Assembly: GCA_965279035.1 (NCBI GenBank) | Contig: OZ257142.1 | Location: 704,001 to 768,000 of the forward strand | Reading direction: 5' to 3' | Length of the DNA stretch: 64,000 nt | DNA from: Bacteroidia bacterium | Lineage (GTDB): Bacteria; Bacteroidota; Bacteroidia; M30B66 | In this document: piece after piece, positions 28,901 through 36,538 of the stretch | Layout: each line of letters begins with the position of its first letter | How positions within the stretch are numbered: the first letter of the stretch is position 1 | The notes under the pieces: generated by a model | Databases searched by the model: none | What the model was told of the DNA's origin: nothing | Seen by the model: only the letters and a program-made list of their open reading frames with translations | Position numbers and translations under genes: made by a program

Positions 28901-31823
28901 AATAATCACTAGTAAGCGATCCCCTAATTCCAGTTTGAGCAGAAAATACACCTAAACCACCTACAAATGTTAAATCGTAAGGAGAGCACCGATAAAAGAA
29001 TTCAATTTTATTGGTTCCTTCATAAAGACGTATTTGAAAATCACTTTGAGCACCTGGGCTACCAACGCCAACTTTATCAACACCAACAGAAGCCCATTCA
29101 ATGACACAAGTCCGAGAACCTGCTGTACCAAATGTTACATACTTAAGAGATGCTCCGGTAAATGAACCCATATCGGTTCCGTAAACAGAGGCTATTCCAT
29201 CTACAGTTCCTGATTGTCCAGCTGTTGAGCTAATAGGATTATATTGTGTTGAAGAACATGTTCCAGTACCAAACCAAATAAAACCATTCGAACTTATGCC
29301 CATTGTGGAGTACGGAGCATCGTTAAAATTAAATGTAAAACCAATGCTTTTATTGGTATATACTTGATCATCAGCCCATATTAATGTTGTTGGTGTTCCT
29401 AAGCTTGCAGCCGTTGCATAACTTCCTGTTGGACCATATGAATAGGCATAACCACAACTAACTGTTCCTGGGGAACCAGAACTAACATTTACGGTTACAG
29501 TTCCAGTTCTGGAACATCCTGAAGGATCGCTTGCTGTTACTGTGTAGGTTGCAGTTGATAGTGTAGTTGAATAAACCGTTTGTGCAAAATCACCAACATT
29601 ATAAGGAGTGGTTAATCCAGCATCAATATACAAGGCAGTTACTGGTGACCAAGAATAAGAAATTGCTCCATTGCTAGATGTTGTTGAAGCAGTTAATGTA
29701 GAGGTTTGACCTAGACCAATGGTCGAAGGACTTGCACTAGCAGTTACTACTGCCGGATTTACTGTAATTGTTGAATTGGCAGTTCCTACGCACGTATTAG
29801 CTGTTGCAGTAAGAGTATATGTTGTAGTAGTACTAGGATTTGCAGAAGGATTTGAAATGTTAGTTGCACTTAAGCCTGTTGCTGGAGACCAAGACCATGT
29901 GGTTGCTCCAGCAGCTGCATTGGCTCCTGTTAAAGCAATACTGTTTGGTGAACCTGTATTACAAATGCTTGAATTATAGGGTGCCGAACCATTTATCGTT
30001 ACACTTGGAGTGGGATTAACCGTTACATCTAAAGGCGTTGTTTGAATAGCGGTAGCTCCTCCATTTGTACATGTAATTAAACATTTATAGTAATAATGAA
30101 CCGCAGTTAAACCTGCATTTGTTAAAGAAGCAGTAGTATAATTAGCTGTATTTGCACCTGAACCTCCTACAACATTGGAATACGGACCTCCTGAAGAAGT
30201 AGCAACTTGCCATTGAAGATTAATGCCAGATACACCCGTAGTGTATCCAGTTGCATACATAGTTGTAGTGGCACTAGGGCATGCTGAAGCGGTAGTATTG
30301 GTTCCACTACTACCAGCATAAACATTTCCAGCTGTAGGTGTTCCAGAACAAGCCGATCCGGATATATTTACTCTATAATCTTCAACCTCACCAGCTCCTC
30401 CATTTGCTGCCGTGGTTCCAAAAGTAGCACAGGCTTGAGCATTCGTAATAGTATTAGTAGTTCCAAATCGGCCAATTACCCGCATGGATGTTGTGCCAGT
30501 TAAAGCTGTTCCAGGAACTGTAAATGCAATACTTCCTGTAGCATTAGGAGCCACTGCTGCCGCAAAAGCTCCAATAAATTCAGTAGTTTCAAACACCCCA
30601 TTTTGATTATAATCAATCCAAGCAGCTGCTCTGTGGTTTGATAAAGCTTGACTACCAACTTTTACTTGCAATGTATAACTTGCACTGAGAGCTAAATCAG
30701 CAACTTGAGAAGTATATAATGAATAATAAGGTGAAACTGAATTGACTGTTGTTACATTATTCAATGCTGTTGGACTACCATTTAGAATCACTTGTGTAAT
30801 TCCTCTTGTTCCACCATTTGCTGCATTAAATGTGGGAGTACAATAACAATTTAGAAATGAATTTAAGGAAACGGTTGAGATTTGAGAAGCTGTTGTTTGA
30901 CCAGATGCTGTACAAGTTACATTACATCTATAATATGTAGTTGTATAAGGCAAAGATGCTCCGGTTGGTGTTGTAAATGTGGCCGTTGTTGCACCTGAAC
31001 CACCTGTAACATTTACATAAGGACCACCGATAACGTTTGATTCTTGCCATTGATAAGTATAACCAGATGCATTTAATGTTAAAGCGATAGATGTTGTTGA
31101 AACGGCGCAAATGCTTGTTGATGCTGGTGTAACAACTAAAGACGAAGGTGTTCCTGAACAAGCAACTCCAGGTGTTATTGTAACTTTAAAATCTTTAAAC
31201 TCACCATAATATAAGCCTTGTCCAGCACAAGGTGCAATAGCAGGAATACTTCCAAATCCACCTCCCATTACTGCAATCCTCATTTTAACATCTCCCGATA
31301 GACCTGCACCTACAGTAAAAGAAGGTGAGGTAACATTAAGAGAACCCGGATTGGGAACTGTTATTCCCATTATATTTTCTCCAGCATCGGTAAATAAACC
31401 ATTGTTGTTCCAATCTATCCATGCATAAAAACATGTGTAATAACTTGCAGATGATGCTGCAGAGCTTGACATGTTAAATGTATAGGCTTGTCCTGCCGTT
31501 ACGTTACCTGTTACTGATGAATATAAGTTAGTATAAGGATTTGCACCAGCTGTTCCACCAGAATAAAATGTCGTGGAATTGAATTTTGCAGTAGTTATGA
31601 AAATATTGCCTGCAGCACCATTAGAGGTTCCTCCAAAAGCAGGAGAGGGAGTACATTGTGCCTTGCTTTCATTTGAATAAAAAATGCTAAAAACTAAAAT
31701 GAGAAAGTAAAAAATTAACTTAAAGTAGTTTGAAGCTATGATTGAAAACTGTTTAAAGAAATTCAATTCAGAAACATTCTTATTAATTGAATGATCAAGC
31801 ATATTTGTGTAGCTGTTTTTCAT
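22998..31823 (-). CDS. Giant (~2940 aa) T9SS-secreted surface protein/adhesin: 2x GEVED, Ig-like/SprB-like repeats, PKD, type A CTD
   Basis: WIDWNNNG..GEFKDF and WIDYNQNG..GEVEDY; four ~95 aa (N/D)P(T/S)TC repeats; YTWNFGD..HAY PKD; AFPNPA..DLKAGTY..VVVTH CTD; start uncertain (31823 or 31871). Confidence 0.9.
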   Translation of the reverse strand: MKNSYTNMLDHSINKNVSELNFFKQFSIIASNYFKLIFYFLILVFSIFYSNESKAQCTPSPAFGGTSNGAAGNIFITTAKFNSTTFYSGGTAGANPYTNLYSSVTGNVTAGQAYTFNMSSSAASSASYYTCFYAWIDWNNNGLFTDAGENIMGITVPNPGSLNVTSPSFTVGAGLSGDVKMRIAVMGGGFGSIPAIAPCAGQGLYYGEFKDFKVTITPGVACSGTPSSLVVTPASTSICAVSTTSIALTLNASGYTYQWQESNVIGGPYVNVTGGSGATTATFTTPTGASLPYTTTYYRCNVTCTASGQTTASQISTVSLNSFLNCYCTPTFNAANGGTRGITQVILNGSPTALNNVTTVNSVSPYYSLYTSQVADLALSASYTLQVKVGSQALSNHRAAAWIDYNQNGVFETTEFIGAFAAAVAPNATGSIAFTVPGTALTGTTSMRVIGRFGTTNTITNAQACATFGTTAANGGAGEVEDYRVNISGSACSGTPTAGNVYAGSSGTNTTASACPSATTTMYATGYTTGVSGINLQWQVATSSGGPYSNVVGGSGANTANYTTASLTNAGLTAVHYYYKCLITCTNGGATAIQTTPLDVTVNPTPSVTINGSAPYNSSICNTGSPNSIALTGANAAAGATTWSWSPATGLSATNISNPSANPSTTTTYTLTATANTCVGTANSTITVNPAVVTASASPSTIGLGQTSTLTASTTSSNGAISYSWSPVTALYIDAGLTTPYNVGDFAQTVYSTTLSTATYTVTASDPSGCSRTGTVTVNVSSGSPGTVSCGYAYSYGPTGSYATAASLGTPTTLIWADDQVYTNKSIGFTFNFNDAPYSTMGISSNGFIWFGTGTCSSTQYNPISSTAGQSGTVDGIASVYGTDMGSFTGASLKYVTFGTAGSRTCVIEWASVGVDKVGVGSPGAQSDFQIRLYEGTNKIEFFYRCSPYDLTFVGGLGVFSAQTGIRGSLTSDYLNRTNGCEGPWASTTAGVSNTDGMSLAGGWNCASSWPVTGRIFVYTPTTKPTITPTGQQNVCTGSPLTLTAVNSGGMSSPTYQWQTYAWPPSNSNIGGQTSSTYSPSTATAGNYFYTVKLTSGSCSRNSDAVAVVVSSCNTITTSNVAVTQCPGSAISVSYTVTGSYTGGNIFTAQLSDASGSFASPVTIGTLTSTASGTITAGPGVIPAGALAGLGYKIRVISSTPAIVGSETTPFEILEPSPIISVTNPPAGCSPGTVDITASGIVNVTNGVLVSGITYWTNLGATTSYTGDPSAVSVASTIYVKYANTCGNDVKPIVVTFKNPIITSDSKTNPTTCAGSNGTITLNGLVPSTSYTVLYQKNGPPNVNAGSISTNVGGSLIITGLGDGAYDNIVLTLAGCSSTPAYPSSGFIALNDPAAPSVSGVSTTNPTTCAGNDGSIQLNGLLASTSYTVNYDRNTVNTNAGSILTNGGGSLIINNLTEGNYDNIVVSLSGCNSSPTPSSGVIALVPPSSPSIGSYSPVNPSTCGGSNGSITLNGLSVSTSYTLTYIKGVTPVNAGSLTTNGSGALVVSGLTEGSYNTFVVTNALGCYSPAYPLSGNLVLSDPAIPVISSFIAIDPTTCSGTNGTIQLSGLSNSTSYSVSYKKNSGATINAGSITSNGSGVLQLSGLGQGDYDNIIVSINGCNSDPYPVSGSISLFDPAIPSAPTGIPSQICGTGSLLLDATDAIAGEDYKWYDASSGGTLLQSTGSSYTTTVISSTATYYVTIYNTTSGCESTTRTPVIATVYAKPISTISGSLSGCASSGTVLGAIGSSAGSGSISGFQWQLGGVNIPLATSNNYTASTSGNYTLIVSNTNGCNTTSAINAVSISQSPTASGSGTFITCENGFVTLTGITATNGTINWTRLTGNGALINTSSTSPTYSPAPNDAGTIVTLRMTVSNSPCADATYDQTIIIEPRPVVNPSSATINASNSSQALTISNIDVNSVYHWSPASDLYMDASLTIPYVLNTHSTTVYAAPFSTVVYHVTATSSVTSCTSGATAVLVNVDPALTNDICLADQSQGLVTVTNTPVFVLRSLAGATASPGAACVGIDKDIWFRSVVPSNGEIHVITQEHNNPIASLNITSALVQIFTATTCSTGLSQVACNSGGAAANMAYAAASGLTPGTTVYIRLARTTAGNAAPAQYLKMAVTNGLIWTGAIDNNFSNPANWVGGDATALTTPSASSTVIIPTLASNVYPTISGTQNAHGIEFVHTLANGFTPSVLIFAGSELRLTASSTYKSFITRSGNYANIVATAPKISGQGTLRFNEGGLNSGAVQTLIHFYGVVAVRAGVSVTSNGNMSFENNSVLLSGGVATGDLTKNYSGNVIGNIIYKRNGSIYGGYNYWGSPVTGASTNSLQSTFGNNIYAYDNMSAGGSIQGAWGNPITTPVAMLPGKGYIQTYAGNGNVTFTGTPNESTYNFPVTVNVGNNFNLLSNPYPSALSYNLLRSTNSNLGSVYLWSFAGSFPFTSNSYVVLSGLGVLSGNPVPGFNSAEISAGQGFFAQVSGAGTVSFNSNQRVPNYPGNSTQFLDNDSPYSILRLRLTNPNQISFDAVVGFGETGTDGVDFGFDSPRMPSSDVLELYTMLGDGQFTTQYLPVLNAARVIDLGVVMATAGTYSFDLNLFDNFDPTVRVFLEDRKTSEFHNLNAASNYSFTNDPAFVGTRFRLHFMAPFAYSSTGSCTNENTGKVILSNPNQNYPMQARIKNTAGEVVMAKDSVMAEYIFTGLAPQSYSMETSYDGTEFNSTLIDIQGFEAFENAGITSSASSISLDKAIVEFSTVQIAGAEYTWNFGDQTSVVAGANVSHAYMQTGIYTVTLSISNGGCTSTSSYEIAITDDVTGIANVTDGNQLIAFPNPANELVKILRSDSRQAVLELTDITGKVVLRKTLTNTVETISTSDLKAGTYLAVIRDNKTTRTIRVVVTH

Positions 31824-32227
31824 AGACTGTAGCTTTTTTGATATGTGTTCAGATGAATGTCCCATCTCCATATCTTCAAACTTACACTATATAAAACCCA
31901 TTAAAAACGCTCATGCTTCATCTTATCTCAGTCATTGCTGAATACAATTTGAGCTAGATTTTCGAGATAAAAATGCAATCACTAAGATGAATGTTGTATC
32001 AATTAAAATAGAATTCAAACAATCATAAATTGCTATGTCTCAATAATAGTATAAGAGATAGGTAGTTTTACTATAAAATATTACCGTTAAATAACCCTAG
32101 TGAAATCTGTGAAATAAGATTTTAAGTTGATTGTTTAACTATCTTTTAATGTTCGAATAAATAAGATGAACAATATCAAGTAAACCTTTTTATCGTGCTT
32201 TTTTAAGCAAACTCTTACAAGCTAATC

Positions 32228-32746
32228 TCAAAAATGGGATTTTGTATCATTTGAAATAGCCGCAAAAAATCGATTATGCCAACTCTCAGATGCAGGAATA
32301 AGCCAACTGTTTTTTAATTCTTTGCCACTAAACACCAAATTATTAAAAACTAATGTGTCAGAATCTAGTTGTCCATTCGATGCAAACGTCTCAAATTCAG
32401 CTATAGGGTTCAACTGTAACTGACCTTGCTCATCTAACCAAGCGACCTGCATACGATCTAAAAAATCGATATGAAGGTCATTTCCCAATGCTGAAATCCA
32501 ATGAACCGATTTGTCGATCGAACAACCACTTGCTTTGGCTTGATCTTCATCAACCATTACAATGACAAACAAATTTTTGAACACCAAAACTTCTGCACGT
32601 AAAGGTTTGCCATGTGCTGCCCAATTGGCAACAAACGTTTCCCCAGAAATCTGGATTAATTGAGCTTCATCGTCCGATAAAATCCGGTTTGCTTGATACA
32701 CCCAAATTCTATCTGTATCCTGAATGTGTTCGAAAGTCTTTTCCAT
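32228..32746 (-). CDS. Conserved Bacteroidota hypothetical protein (WxYQ..WxAHG..ASGCSID family)
   Basis: RIWVYQANR, WAAHGKPL, ASGCSIDKS, VFNNLV..W motifs; likely ATG at 32746. Confidence 0.8.
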   Translation of the reverse strand: MEKTFEHIQDTDRIWVYQANRILSDDEAQLIQISGETFVANWAAHGKPLRAEVLVFKNLFVIVMVDEDQAKASGCSIDKSVHWISALGNDLHIDFLDRMQVAWLDEQGQLQLNPIAEFETFASNGQLDSDTLVFNNLVFSGKELKNSWLIPASESWHNRFFAAISNDTKSHF

Positions 32747-32750
32747 GGTA

Positions 32751-33536
32751 TTATAAATCAGCAGCTTGAGCAATTAATTCAGCAATATCTAGAACACTAA
32801 CGCTTGCCTCTTTTTCAGCATGTTTCACACCGTCGGTCATCATCGTATTGCAAAATGGACAACCAACAGCTATAATTGATGATTGAGTAGCAAGTGCCTC
32901 TTCGGATCGTTCTATATTGACTTCTTTGTTTCCTGGTTCAGCTTCTTTGAACATTTGTCCACCACCTGCACCACAACACAATCCTTTTGTTTTACAACGT
33001 TTCATCTCCACCAATTCGGCATCGAGTTTCCCGAGTACCTCACGTGGAGCTTCGTATTCTCCGTTTGCGCGACCTAAATAACAAGGATCGTGAAACGTAA
33101 TTTTCTTCCCCTTGAACGAACCGCCTTCTACTTTCAAACGTCCATCTTTCATCAAACTCTCGATCAATTGAGAATGATGCACCACATCGTAATGACCTCC
33201 TAATTCAGGATACTCGTTTTTAAGTGTATTGAAACAATGCGGACAAGCTGTTACAATCTGCTTCACTTCATAACCATTCAAAACAGCGATATTTTGCATA
33301 GCCTGCATCTGAAACAGAAATTCGTTTCCAGCACGTTTAGCCGGATCGCCTGTACAGCTTTCTTCTGAGCCAAGTACAGCAAATTTCACATCGGCTGCTT
33401 GAAGCAATTTCGCTACAGCTTTAGTTACTTTTTTTGCACGGTCATCAAAACTACCAGCACAACCAACCCAGAATAAAATTTCAGGAACCTCACCATTTGC
33501 AAGGTATTGTGCCATCGTCTTTACATTTAATTCCAT
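32751..33536 (-). CDS. (Fe-S)-binding protein with two CCG domains (HdrB/GlpC/FadF C-terminal-like)
   Basis: FWVGC, ESCTGD, TACPHC, HDPCYLGR, CCGAGGG, GCPFC. Confidence 0.93.
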   Translation of the reverse strand: MELNVKTMAQYLANGEVPEILFWVGCAGSFDDRAKKVTKAVAKLLQAADVKFAVLGSEESCTGDPAKRAGNEFLFQMQAMQNIAVLNGYEVKQIVTACPHCFNTLKNEYPELGGHYDVVHHSQLIESLMKDGRLKVEGGSFKGKKITFHDPCYLGRANGEYEAPREVLGKLDAELVEMKRCKTKGLCCGAGGGQMFKEAEPGNKEVNIERSEEALATQSSIIAVGCPFCNTMMTDGVKHAEKEASVSVLDIAELIAQAADL

Positions 33537-33545
33537 GGTGATTTC

Positions 33546-33615
33546 AATTACGAATTAAAAATTACGAATTACGAATTACGAATTACGAATTACGAATTAC
33601 GAATTACGAATTACG
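33546..33615 (+). repeat. Heptamer tandem array (AATTACG)x10: 9 perfect units, 1 degenerate
   Basis: AATTACG, AATTAAA, then 8 consecutive perfect AATTACG (33560-33615). Confidence 0.98.
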
Positions 33616-33635
33616 AATGTATTTGTATTAAATAG

Positions 33636-33992
33636 TTAATTGGGGAGTTTGTTTTTGGTTGTTCGTTGTATAGAGCCAATAATACGAAGAATCTCATCTA
33701 TTTGAAGGAGTAATTCTTCTGAATGTGTTGGTTCAATTGTATTTGAATCTCTTAGTAATCGAATCCAAAATTTAGTTTCTCTCGCTTCTTTATATGCTAT
33801 GCTGATTTTGCTCAAAAAATCTTTTCTCGACTGACCTCCAATAGCTTCTTCCACATTCGCACCAATTGAAGTCCCTGATTTTAGTAGCTGTCGTGATAAA
33901 ATATACTCTTTATTCTTGTGCATTTGCCTTGAAATATTAATGATCTTTAGAGCAAAGTCATAGGTTTTTTGTTGAATCAAATTCTCTTTCAT
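33636..33992 (-). CDS. Four helix bundle protein (23S rRNA IVP / TIGR02436 family, Avd-like fold)
   Basis: K.YDFALKII..LSRQLLKSGTSIGANVEEA..QSRKDFLSKISIAYKEARETKFWIRLL. Confidence 0.95.
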   Translation of the reverse strand: MKENLIQQKTYDFALKIINISRQMHKNKEYILSRQLLKSGTSIGANVEEAIGGQSRKDFLSKISIAYKEARETKFWIRLLRDSNTIEPTHSEELLLQIDEILRIIGSIQRTTKNKLPN

Positions 33993-34064
33993 AATACTAG
34001 TTTAGGTTAATAGCTATTTTTTAATTTATATAATGTTTTCATTCCCTACTTCACAATCAAATTT

Positions 34065-34158
34065 ATTCATTCCTAATTTCTCATTCGTAATTGACCATTC
34101 GTAATTAGTAATTGATCATTATTGACCATTCGTAATTCGTAATTGACAATTCGTAATT
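34065..34158 (-). repeat. Degenerate heptamer array (CGTAATT/GACCATT on +), reverse complement of the 33546-33615 array
   Basis: About 13 NNNNATT units with 5 perfect CGTAATT (34086, 34100, 34131, 34138, 34152) interleaved with gaccatt/gatcatt/gacaatt/agtaatt. Confidence 0.93.
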
Positions 34159-34163
34159 AATTA

Positions 34164-35477
34164 TCATTCGTCTTTCCAATTCAAACGATCCGATGGAGAA
34201 AACTGCCAAGGAGCACCATTGTTCTCAATATTGGTAAACATTGAACTTAAAGCTGCAGGAGGAGCACTTTCTTCCATCACCAGTTGTCGACGTAAATCAA
34301 TGATAATACTGAGCGGATCAATATTCACCGGACATGCTTCTGTACACGCATTACACGTAGTACATGCCCATAATTCTTCCGGTTGAATATAATCGTGCAA
34401 CAAACTTTTTCCATCTTCCTTGAATTCACCTTTGTTGGCATCGATGTTTTTACTCACTTCTTCCAAACGATCACGTGTTTTCATCATGATCGCTCGTGGA
34501 CTTAACAACTTACCAGTTTGGTTTGCCGGACATTCCGATGTACATCGTCCACACTCAGTACATGTATAAGCATCGAGCAAGCTTTTCCAAGTTAAGTCTT
34601 GAACGTCTTTCGCTCCAAATTTCACTGGTCCATCCAACTCAACAGGAACAGCCGAAGGATCCATCATCAACTTCACTTCATTGGTAACAGCAGCCATATT
34701 GGTAAAACGACCTTTATTTTCGAGGTTGGAATACCAAACATTGGGAAAAGCTAAAATGATATGGAAGTGTTTGGAATAAGGGAGATAATTTAAGAAAGCA
34801 AGAATTCCAAGAATGTGAAACCACCAAGCGCCACGTTCATACGCTATAAGTGAGTGAGTTGACCAAGAGTCGAACAATCCAGTAATAAGCGAACTAACTG
34901 GAAAAGAGCCTGCTTGCATATAATGCTCAGTGGCTTCAGGGCGTAACTGCAAAACTTGATCTGCCGCATTCATAGTTAAAAAGGCAGTCATCAATAAGAC
35001 CTCAATCAGTAAGATTGCATTTGCATCGGATCTCGGCCAACCATTTAACTCGTTTTGACGGAAGCGTTTTATGTAAATAATATTCCTTCGGATGAAGAAG
35101 ATAATTACAGAAACAAGAACACCTAGTGCTAAGAATTCAAACGAACCAATTAGGAAATCATAAAAACCTCCTAAGAGCGGAGCAAATAGTCGATGCGTTC
35201 CGAAAATCCCATCGAGAATTATCTCCAGAACTTCTAAATTGATAATGACAAATCCTGCATAAACCAAAATATGCAATATCCCAGCAACAGGTTTCACAAC
35301 CATTTTACTTTGCCCCAAAGCAACACGTGCCATAAGCTTCCAACGCTCCGGTTTACGGTCGCTACGATCGAGCTTTCTTCCTAAACGAATGTTGCGAATG
35401 ATCTTTCGAACGTTGAATGTAAAAAGCCCTGCACCTGCACTAAATACTAGAAGAAATAATATGTTTGGAAGTCCCAT
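34164..35477 (-). CDS. Membrane (Fe-S)-binding oxidoreductase subunit (FadF/Hdr-like N-terminal half)
   Basis: TM helices, YLPYSKHFH, CTECGRCTSECP and CTTCNACTEACP ferredoxin motifs; likely ATG at 35477. Confidence 0.92.
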   Translation of the reverse strand: MGLPNILFLLVFSAGAGLFTFNVRKIIRNIRLGRKLDRSDRKPERWKLMARVALGQSKMVVKPVAGILHILVYAGFVIINLEVLEIILDGIFGTHRLFAPLLGGFYDFLIGSFEFLALGVLVSVIIFFIRRNIIYIKRFRQNELNGWPRSDANAILLIEVLLMTAFLTMNAADQVLQLRPEATEHYMQAGSFPVSSLITGLFDSWSTHSLIAYERGAWWFHILGILAFLNYLPYSKHFHIILAFPNVWYSNLENKGRFTNMAAVTNEVKLMMDPSAVPVELDGPVKFGAKDVQDLTWKSLLDAYTCTECGRCTSECPANQTGKLLSPRAIMMKTRDRLEEVSKNIDANKGEFKEDGKSLLHDYIQPEELWACTTCNACTEACPVNIDPLSIIIDLRRQLVMEESAPPAALSSMFTNIENNGAPWQFSPSDRLNWKDE

Positions 35478-35531
35478 AAGCGATTCTGGTTGGGTCAACA
35501 AATATAAAGGCAGATGGTTTCCTGCTATTTA

Positions 35532-36521
35532 TTATTTAGGGGATTTTCCCTTTTTAGGTGTTTTTTCTTTTTTTCCAAAAACCGAAAAATGAACATACCT
35601 ATTCGGGTGAGCTTTCATATCCTCTAACAATAAACTCAAGTTTCTTGAACTATGATCGAGATTTACATAAAGTGAATCGTCTGTAGCCAATTTACCTAAA
35701 GTTCCTTGTCCACTTTCGACATTCTGCAACACCTTATTTAAACTGGAAATGGTGCCTTGTAAATCGGTTAAGGTTTGCTTCACATTGCTTTTAGCCACAT
35801 CATCCGATATGCGATCCATATTGGTAAAAACATGGGAAAGCTTCTCATTGTTGTTTTTCAAATTATCAGTAATAGACGCCACATTGCTCAATATGGAGCT
35901 CAGTCTATGACGTTCGTTTGTCACTAATAAATCAAACTCATTTACTGTATGCTCAAATCGTTTGATCGACGTATTTACACTTTCGAAACTACTAATCAGA
36001 CCATCTTGAGTTTTTCGGTTGAATACATTATTGAAACCAGTAAGCACCGAATCAACTGAACCAGCCAATGCTTCAATTTGAGCTTTCAAAGGAAGAATTG
36101 CTTTCTTAATTTCATCAGTAATTCCTGCATCACGAACAGCAATCAAGGTATCACCTCGCTTTGCTAAGACAGTCGATTTTCCCAATGTTAGCTCCAAGGT
36201 TCTCGTTCCTAAAAGATCCTGAACAATATGAGCTTCCGAATCTTTAGGTATGTTGAGGTCATTGTTATCAATCAAGAATTTTACAAGGACTTTGTATGAA
36301 CCTTCGGACAAAAATCCAACTTGATCAACGATTCCAACTTGAAAGCCATTCACCTGTACACGAGCCGATGGCATGAGTTGATCAACATTGTCAAACACAG
36401 CGTAATATGAACGTGAAGGTGAAAAAAGGTTTTTACCTTTTAAAAAGTTAAAACCAAAATAGAGGAGTACGATACCCAGTGTTACGACGATACCAACACG
36501 TACTTCACGGGATACTTGCAT
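35532..36521 (-). CDS. MlaD/MCE family protein
   Basis: SREVRVG..FNFLKG, V.VNGFQVG.V, LLG, helical region, GTLGKL..DDSLY..LL.D.K.HP.RYV.FSVFG. Confidence 0.92.
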   Translation of the reverse strand: MQVSREVRVGIVVTLGIVLLYFGFNFLKGKNLFSPSRSYYAVFDNVDQLMPSARVQVNGFQVGIVDQVGFLSEGSYKVLVKFLIDNNDLNIPKDSEAHIVQDLLGTRTLELTLGKSTVLAKRGDTLIAVRDAGITDEIKKAILPLKAQIEALAGSVDSVLTGFNNVFNRKTQDGLISSFESVNTSIKRFEHTVNEFDLLVTNERHRLSSILSNVASITDNLKNNNEKLSHVFTNMDRISDDVAKSNVKQTLTDLQGTISSLNKVLQNVESGQGTLGKLATDDSLYVNLDHSSRNLSLLLEDMKAHPNRYVHFSVFGKKEKTPKKGKSPK

Positions 36522-36538
36522 GTTTTTTTAAATTAAAA

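Noticed and set aside
31872-32227. ncRNA or small gene in the AT-rich gap upstream of the giant gene
   Set aside because: No convincing ORF, stable fold or repeat seen; best explained as regulatory DNA.
32228-32746. ABC transporter ATPase, a label I recall being attached to this family
   Set aside because: No Walker A/B or ABC signature motif in the 172 aa sequence.
33636-33992. Diversity-generating retroelement (Avd-like gene) or true 23S rRNA intervening sequence
   Set aside because: No reverse transcriptase, no TR/VR pair and no rRNA sequence were recognised in the window; the flanks are protein-coding genes.
33546-34158. CRISPR array
   Set aside because: Units are contiguous 7-mers with no unique spacers, and no cas genes are present.
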